From the NCBI GenBank assembly GCA_026168605.1, contig JAPFDX010000034.1:12887-76886 (forward strand): a DNA stretch of 64,000 nt, written 5' to 3'. The first letter of the stretch is position 1, and each line of letters opens with the position of its first letter. Below the pieces are notes generated by a model. That model saw only the letters and a list, made by a program, of their open reading frames with translations. It did no database searches and had not been told where the DNA came from. Positions 60,111 to 64,000 of the stretch are shown piece by piece. Source of the DNA: Roseburia sp. (lineage in GTDB: Bacteria > Bacillota > Clostridia > Lachnospirales > Lachnospiraceae). Both the position numbers and the translations under genes were made by a program.

Positions 60111-60758
60111 TTAACGCTGACAAGGCTTTACTCTTTCAATCATCATCTCAAACTTTTTCTGCATAGGGGTTCCATAAACAATCTCTTTGGTGGGAAATTG
60201 TTTATCAAATTCTTTTACGCAATTCTCGTCGACATTATAAATTTCATCTTCATAATAACACCCGCTTATTTCAGAAAAGGCTCCCTGATATAACTCACAA
60301 GCCAGAAGAGCATCTGCATACATATTTTCTGCATTACGAATTTCATATTTTTCCGCTGAAATAAATCCCTGTCGGGTGTAGTAATCCGGATCTCCACACA
60401 AAAGAATGCCTCTAAAGCTCAGTTCCTTTGCAATTTCTTTGGTACGGGCAATTAATCTTCCACCGATACCCTGGTGCTGGTACTCAGGTAATACACCAAT
60501 AGGTCCGAGACTTAAAACCTCGTAATATTTTCCATCATCTCCGACAATATAGGATTTCAGGCACATTGAATTTCCGATGATTCTGCCATCTTCTACCGCA
60601 ACAATATCTAATTCCGGTACAAATGCAGGACAATCTCGCATAATGTGGATGAGATAATGGTCATTACAAGCCGGGGTATAATGGTTCCAAAATGCTTCTC
60701 TGATTACATTTTCCGTATCTCTATGATCACATGGTATTTCTTGTCTTAGTTCAATCAT
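60111..60758 (-). CDS. GNAT N-acetyltransferase (YhbS-like)
   Basis: REAFWN, LGPIGVLPEYQHQGIG, CGDPDYY..GF; start at MIELRQ behind GGAGG. Confidence 0.85.
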   Translation of the reverse strand: MIELRQEIPCDHRDTENVIREAFWNHYTPACNDHYLIHIMRDCPAFVPELDIVAVEDGRIIGNSMCLKSYIVGDDGKYYEVLSLGPIGVLPEYQHQGIGGRLIARTKEIAKELSFRGILLCGDPDYYTRQGFISAEKYEIRNAENMYADALLACELYQGAFSEISGCYYEDEIYNVDENCVKEFDKQFPTKEIVYGTPMQKKFEMMIERVKPCQR

Positions 60759-60948
60759 TTTAACCTCCATCACTTCATATTTTTGTTGTTCTTTTCTTTC
60801 GTCCATCTTCTTGCCATTCGGACAAGAAGCGTCCCTCGCTTTCAGCTCGGTCAATTCTGATTTATCATTCCCTACTTCTGTCCCCTTTGCAGGTTTGGAT
60901 CTTTCAGCAAATTTGACTATATCCGCTCCATAAATTAAAAATCTATAT

Positions 60949-61218
60949 TCATAATCCAAGAGATGTTATATTCATACAGTCCTATGTTTCACAATGAATT
61001 ACAGATGACTGATTATGGTCTCCGAAAAAATTTACGACCACTTGTTTTCGACAGATCGGACATACTTCCGGAAAAATATCATTGTCTTTATACCAGAGCT
61101 TGCACCACTTGCAGATAAACGCTAAAGACGCCCCATCCGGATCGCCGTCTCCGGCGGCTTCGTCAGCAGCTTCTAAAAGTCCAGTGTCAACCCCAGCTCC
61201 GCACGCAGGTCTTTCCAT
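60949..61218 (-). pseudogene. Degenerate small Cys-rich ORF with an in-frame TAG
   Basis: ..CKWC..CPIC..IHCET*DCMNITSLGL*; the frame continues past TAG 60982 with a further Cys; 5' end overlaps the HTH stub. Confidence 0.4.
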
Positions 61219-61241
61219 CGTTCTTGTATGGATAATTCCAT
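61173..61241 (-). pseudogene. 22-codon 5' stub of an XRE-family HTH regulator
   Basis: AAGAGGGG RBS, then MELSIQERWKDLRAELGLTLDF*, resembling the N-terminus of HTH regulators of gut-clostridial mobile elements (recalled MELSIQERLKDLR..GLTLEQLA). Confidence 0.55.
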
Positions 61242-61261
61242 GTCGTTCCCCTCTTATCTGC

Positions 61262-61279
61262 TTAATAAGTGGGAAGTCA
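61262..61279 (-). repeat. Half copy of the junction repeat
   Basis: TGACTTCCCACTTATTAA, starting at the stop codon of 61277-61606. Confidence 0.6.
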
Positions 61280-61606
61280 TACAGCAGGGTTCAAATCATC
61301 ATCATAATATCGTTTGCTCTTCACTCTACCATTAACTTTAATTTTATAGAAGTAACAGTTTAACTTAAAATTCCAACAAACACCACAAATTATACCTATT
61401 ATATCAGGCTGATTACAAGGAGAAACTGGTTCTCCATAGATATATTGGGGAGATATTGGCAGTTCTTTTATATACTTAATATCCGGCTTGTATATAGTTT
61501 CAGGGAATATAATCACTACGTCACCATTCTCTTTTGTTTTGTATTGAATAACGGTCTGAAACAATCCCGATTGTATAGCTTTACTATCAAGACATACTCC
61601 CCACAT
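61277..61606 (-). CDS. Small hypothetical protein, immunity-like, possibly N-terminally deleted
   Basis: 109 aa, RBS GGGAGA, C-terminal W.FK..YFY.I..NG..KSKRY..DDL. Confidence 0.55.
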   Translation of the reverse strand: MWGVCLDSKAIQSGLFQTVIQYKTKENGDVVIIFPETIYKPDIKYIKELPISPQYIYGEPVSPCNQPDIIGIICGVCWNFKLNCYFYKIKVNGRVKSKRYYDDDLNPAV

Positions 61607-61622
61607 TTTGTTCTCCCTTTAC

Positions 61623-61669
61623 AAATCCCGATTTTTTGCTCCATTCAACTCCCGGTAAATGAGAAACTT
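61623..61669 (-). repeat. Cassette-junction repeat copy 4
   Basis: Minus strand AAGTTTCTCATTTACCGGGAGTTGAATGGAGCAAAAAATCGGGATTT, then RBS and ATG 61606. Confidence 0.8.
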
Positions 61670-61788
61670 TCCACCAATATCAATCATAAGGATAGATCTC
61701 TATATCATGCCAACTGGAAGAAAATGAAATATAATCTTCTTTTTTCCGTGAAGTTACCGCAGCAATATCGAGCATCTTTTCACAAAAA

Positions 61789-62244
61789 CTATCTTATGGC
61801 TGTCCATTCCCACCAAACAGAATGATACTCCCGCGGTTCAACCTTATATTCTATGCCACACTGATTACAGCGCACGATACAGTTGCGTTCTCCCATATAA
61901 CTAGATTCCCCTGCACTCACAAGCGTAAAATAACCATCCTGCAAGAGATGATACGGATTATCAAATCCACCTAACAAATGGCATGGGCAGGATAAATTCT
62001 GCTCGTGAAAGTCAAGTATTGCTATTGGACGATTTAAGTGAACTGAGTTTTTGTATATAAGACCACCTAACTCAATTCCTTTCGTGCCGTCTATTATTTG
62101 CTGCTTATAAGGAACAAGCTCCATAATCTTTGTGTGATTTTGGCTCAATGAACTAATTGCCCAGCTTGCCTCCCATATTTTTTGACTGTCACCCGACAAA
62201 ATGGCACTAAGAATTTCCTATGTTGATTTTTTTGTCTCTCTCAT
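61789..62244 (-). pseudogene. Cys/Trp-rich immunity-like gene with nonsense codon at codon 9
   Basis: AAAAGG-ATG(62244) MRETKKST*EILSAILSGDSQKIWEAS..GIELGG..CPC..CNQC..WWEW; TAG at 62218-62220 is in frame. A TTG start at 62199 is an alternative. Confidence 0.55.
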
Positions 62245-62276
62245 AAAGACACCTTTTCCATATAATAATTTTTCAT

Positions 62277-63446
62277 TTAAATTTCCTCCGGAATGAGAAT
62301 GCAGCGTTCCACACTGACATAAGTTCCAATATCTCTTTCCGTAAACGTGATCGTCGGCAGTCCCCAGAAATATTTATAAGAAAACTCCAGACCGTCAAAT
62401 GTATTTTTTCTTATTCTTACGGATCTCAATGCTTCATTCACCCGGTTATCCAGTTCTATCGTCCGGTCCAATGAGGTCTTTATCCTATCCGGATCGGCGC
62501 TGCTGTGTATTTCCAGTCCGCACCAGTTTTCCGGATCATAGCTGGAAACATTTCCATGATACCCCTCGTATGACAAATCATAAACTCCATGATATACTTC
62601 ATTTTTTATTTTATAAGTTCCAACCGGAAGATCCTCCCCGATTTTATACATACCATTGGGATACACAAAGCTTCCTTCACCTTCTCCTATCCCCTGGTAT
62701 CTGATCGGTGAGATCTGGGGCTTATGGTCTGCCGGAAACACAATGTAGTTTTTTATAGTTAAAATTTTTGTGTTCGACAGCGTAAAATATACAAAACGTG
62801 TGTTAGGAAACGGGAGATACCACACCCTGTCCACCATCAGAGATCCCCCCTGATTGCCAATATCAACTGCAAAATACTCCCCTTCCGGGATATCCTCCCC
62901 CACCCGATAGGAGCCTTCATAATATACCCTATTTTTTTCTGCTGCCGGAGAGGGGCTGCCGCTGTCTGCCAGCGCCATTTTATCATCATGAGGAAGCCTC
63001 ACATGCTCCCCCTCCGCCAGATACAGGTAGGACACCTCGGTATAGCGGTCCCAGTAAAGGTCCTCCCACATCTCCCCGCTCTCATCCTGCCGCCCAATCC
63101 AGATATCTTCTCCCGAAGATCCCTTCCAAACAAGATACAATCCCTCTGCTATATCCTGTCCGACAAGATAGGTTCCCCCTGTGATCCAGTCCGTATCCCA
63201 CACCTCTGCTTCCCGGATCATACGTTTTTGTTCTTCCTCGTTTTGTTCAACATAAGACCAGTAACCGGGAATTTGTTCCTCCAGTTCGCGGATATCAAAA
63301 CTGTGGAATGCCTCATAATCATCTGAAACCCCATCGCCCGTTGGACTGGAAAATTTAGCACCAATCGTACACCCTGCAAGGTTGAAAAATACGAACAGAC
63401 TTATGGCGATCATGGATTTTCTGCACATTGTTTTCATGATTTTCAT
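62277..63446 (-). CDS. Lipoprotein with three GxYxVGxDIPxGxY repeats
   Basis: Lipobox LAGC; GTYLVGQDIAEGLY, GSYRVGEDIPEGEY, GMYKIGEDLPVGTY. Confidence 0.78.
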   Translation of the reverse strand: MKIMKTMCRKSMIAISLFVFFNLAGCTIGAKFSSPTGDGVSDDYEAFHSFDIRELEEQIPGYWSYVEQNEEEQKRMIREAEVWDTDWITGGTYLVGQDIAEGLYLVWKGSSGEDIWIGRQDESGEMWEDLYWDRYTEVSYLYLAEGEHVRLPHDDKMALADSGSPSPAAEKNRVYYEGSYRVGEDIPEGEYFAVDIGNQGGSLMVDRVWYLPFPNTRFVYFTLSNTKILTIKNYIVFPADHKPQISPIRYQGIGEGEGSFVYPNGMYKIGEDLPVGTYKIKNEVYHGVYDLSYEGYHGNVSSYDPENWCGLEIHSSADPDRIKTSLDRTIELDNRVNEALRSVRIRKNTFDGLEFSYKYFWGLPTITFTERDIGTYVSVERCILIPEEI

Positions 63447-63499
63447 TACCTCTCCCTTCCGGAATACTTATTCCGGTTCCCAAACAGTCCAGATAAATT

Positions 63500-64000
63500 T
63501 CAGAGATTTTTAGCATAATCAATCCGACACGAAACGATTTTTGCCAGTTTTTTCAGCTTGTCCAATTCATCCTCCCGGCAGGGAAACAGTACATAAGAAT
63601 CACTCTCTATATCAATGTCTGCCAAACACATACCTAATGACTTCCATTTTCCATCAATGATCGCACACCATTCACTGACATCAGCATTCTTATCAAACCA
63701 TTCGACCTCTAATGGTAATGCCGCGTCTCTCATTCCCTTTAGTTCTCTTACAAAATATAAGAAATCTTCTAATTCATCTTTCCAGTCCCGTTCACACACA
63801 TACTGATTTTCTGCCAGGATATCCACCATAGATATCCATCGAATTTCTCTTAACAATATCTGGTCAAAATCTTCTATTCCTCTTTCTAAAAAAACATTCC
63901 TATGTTTCTTAAAATATGCTTCACTATCTGCTAAACAGTCAGCTATCCTTTTGATCACCGCACTATCATTTTCCGAAATAATAGAGGCAATTGTCTGTAT
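63500..64000 (-). CDS. Hypothetical protein (DUF6630-like C-terminus by recall); 5' end beyond the window
   Basis: Frame open to position 64000 (IQTIASIISENDSAV..); C-terminal LADIDIESDSYVLF. Confidence 0.65.
   Translation of the reverse strand: MQTIASIISENDSAVIKRIADCLADSEAYFKKHRNVFLERGIEDFDQILLREIRWISMVDILAENQYVCERDWKDELEDFLYFVRELKGMRDAALPLEVEWFDKNADVSEWCAIIDGKWKSLGMCLADIDIESDSYVLFPCREDELDKLKKLAKIVSCRIDYAKNL

Noticed and set aside
59096-61669. Repeat array read as CRISPR
   Set aside because: Spacing is 0.4-1.5 kb with whole genes between copies, copies are degenerate, and there are no cas genes.
59096-61669. Repeat read as dif/pdif XerCD sites, because ACTTCC resembles the start of the Firmicute dif XerC arm
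   Set aside because: No XerD arm (TTATGT(A/T)AA) and no 11-6-11 geometry.
60949-62244. Amber (TAG) recoding to explain two in-frame TAG codons
   Set aside because: Neighbouring genes (59596-60033 and the 61789 gene itself) end at TAG at plausible positions; nonsense decay is simpler.

Overview
Chromosomal segment of a spore-forming gut clostridium (Lachnospiraceae-like), mostly coded on the minus strand, in four parts. (1) 1-16.2 kb, higher-GC core-like genes: a histidine-kinase-like protein whose H-box His is replaced by Gln, YhhN, RsmF, a ~300-bp palindromic element, a minimal TSCCCP-type [FeFe]-hydrogenase domain, a TetM/EF-G-like GTPase fused to a NYN/YacP RNase domain, and a five-gene M14 peptidase-LRR-VWA-AAA-ABC-ATPase operon. 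(2) 16.3-53.4 kb, an L-fucose utilisation cluster: two SBP/kinase/regulator sets, GH29 fucosidase, two ABC importers, fucI/fucU/fucK, AraC, and a glycyl-radical propanediol-dehydratase microcompartment (GRM5-type) operon. That operon ends in DeoR, an orphan ParA and a small basic-N-terminus partner, a candidate McdAB-like microcompartment positioning system. (3) 53.5-58 kb: S8 protease, AsnO-like asparagine synthetase and PAP2. (4) 58-64 kb, an AT-rich array of short co-oriented genes (immunity-like proteins, GNAT, lipoproteins, pseudogenes) in which four full and one half copy of a ~45-bp palindromic repeat sit between stop codons and the next RBS, an integron-like cassette architecture with no recombinase in the window. 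No rRNA, tRNA, CRISPR or transposase was recognised. Family names are from motif recognition; no database search was run.
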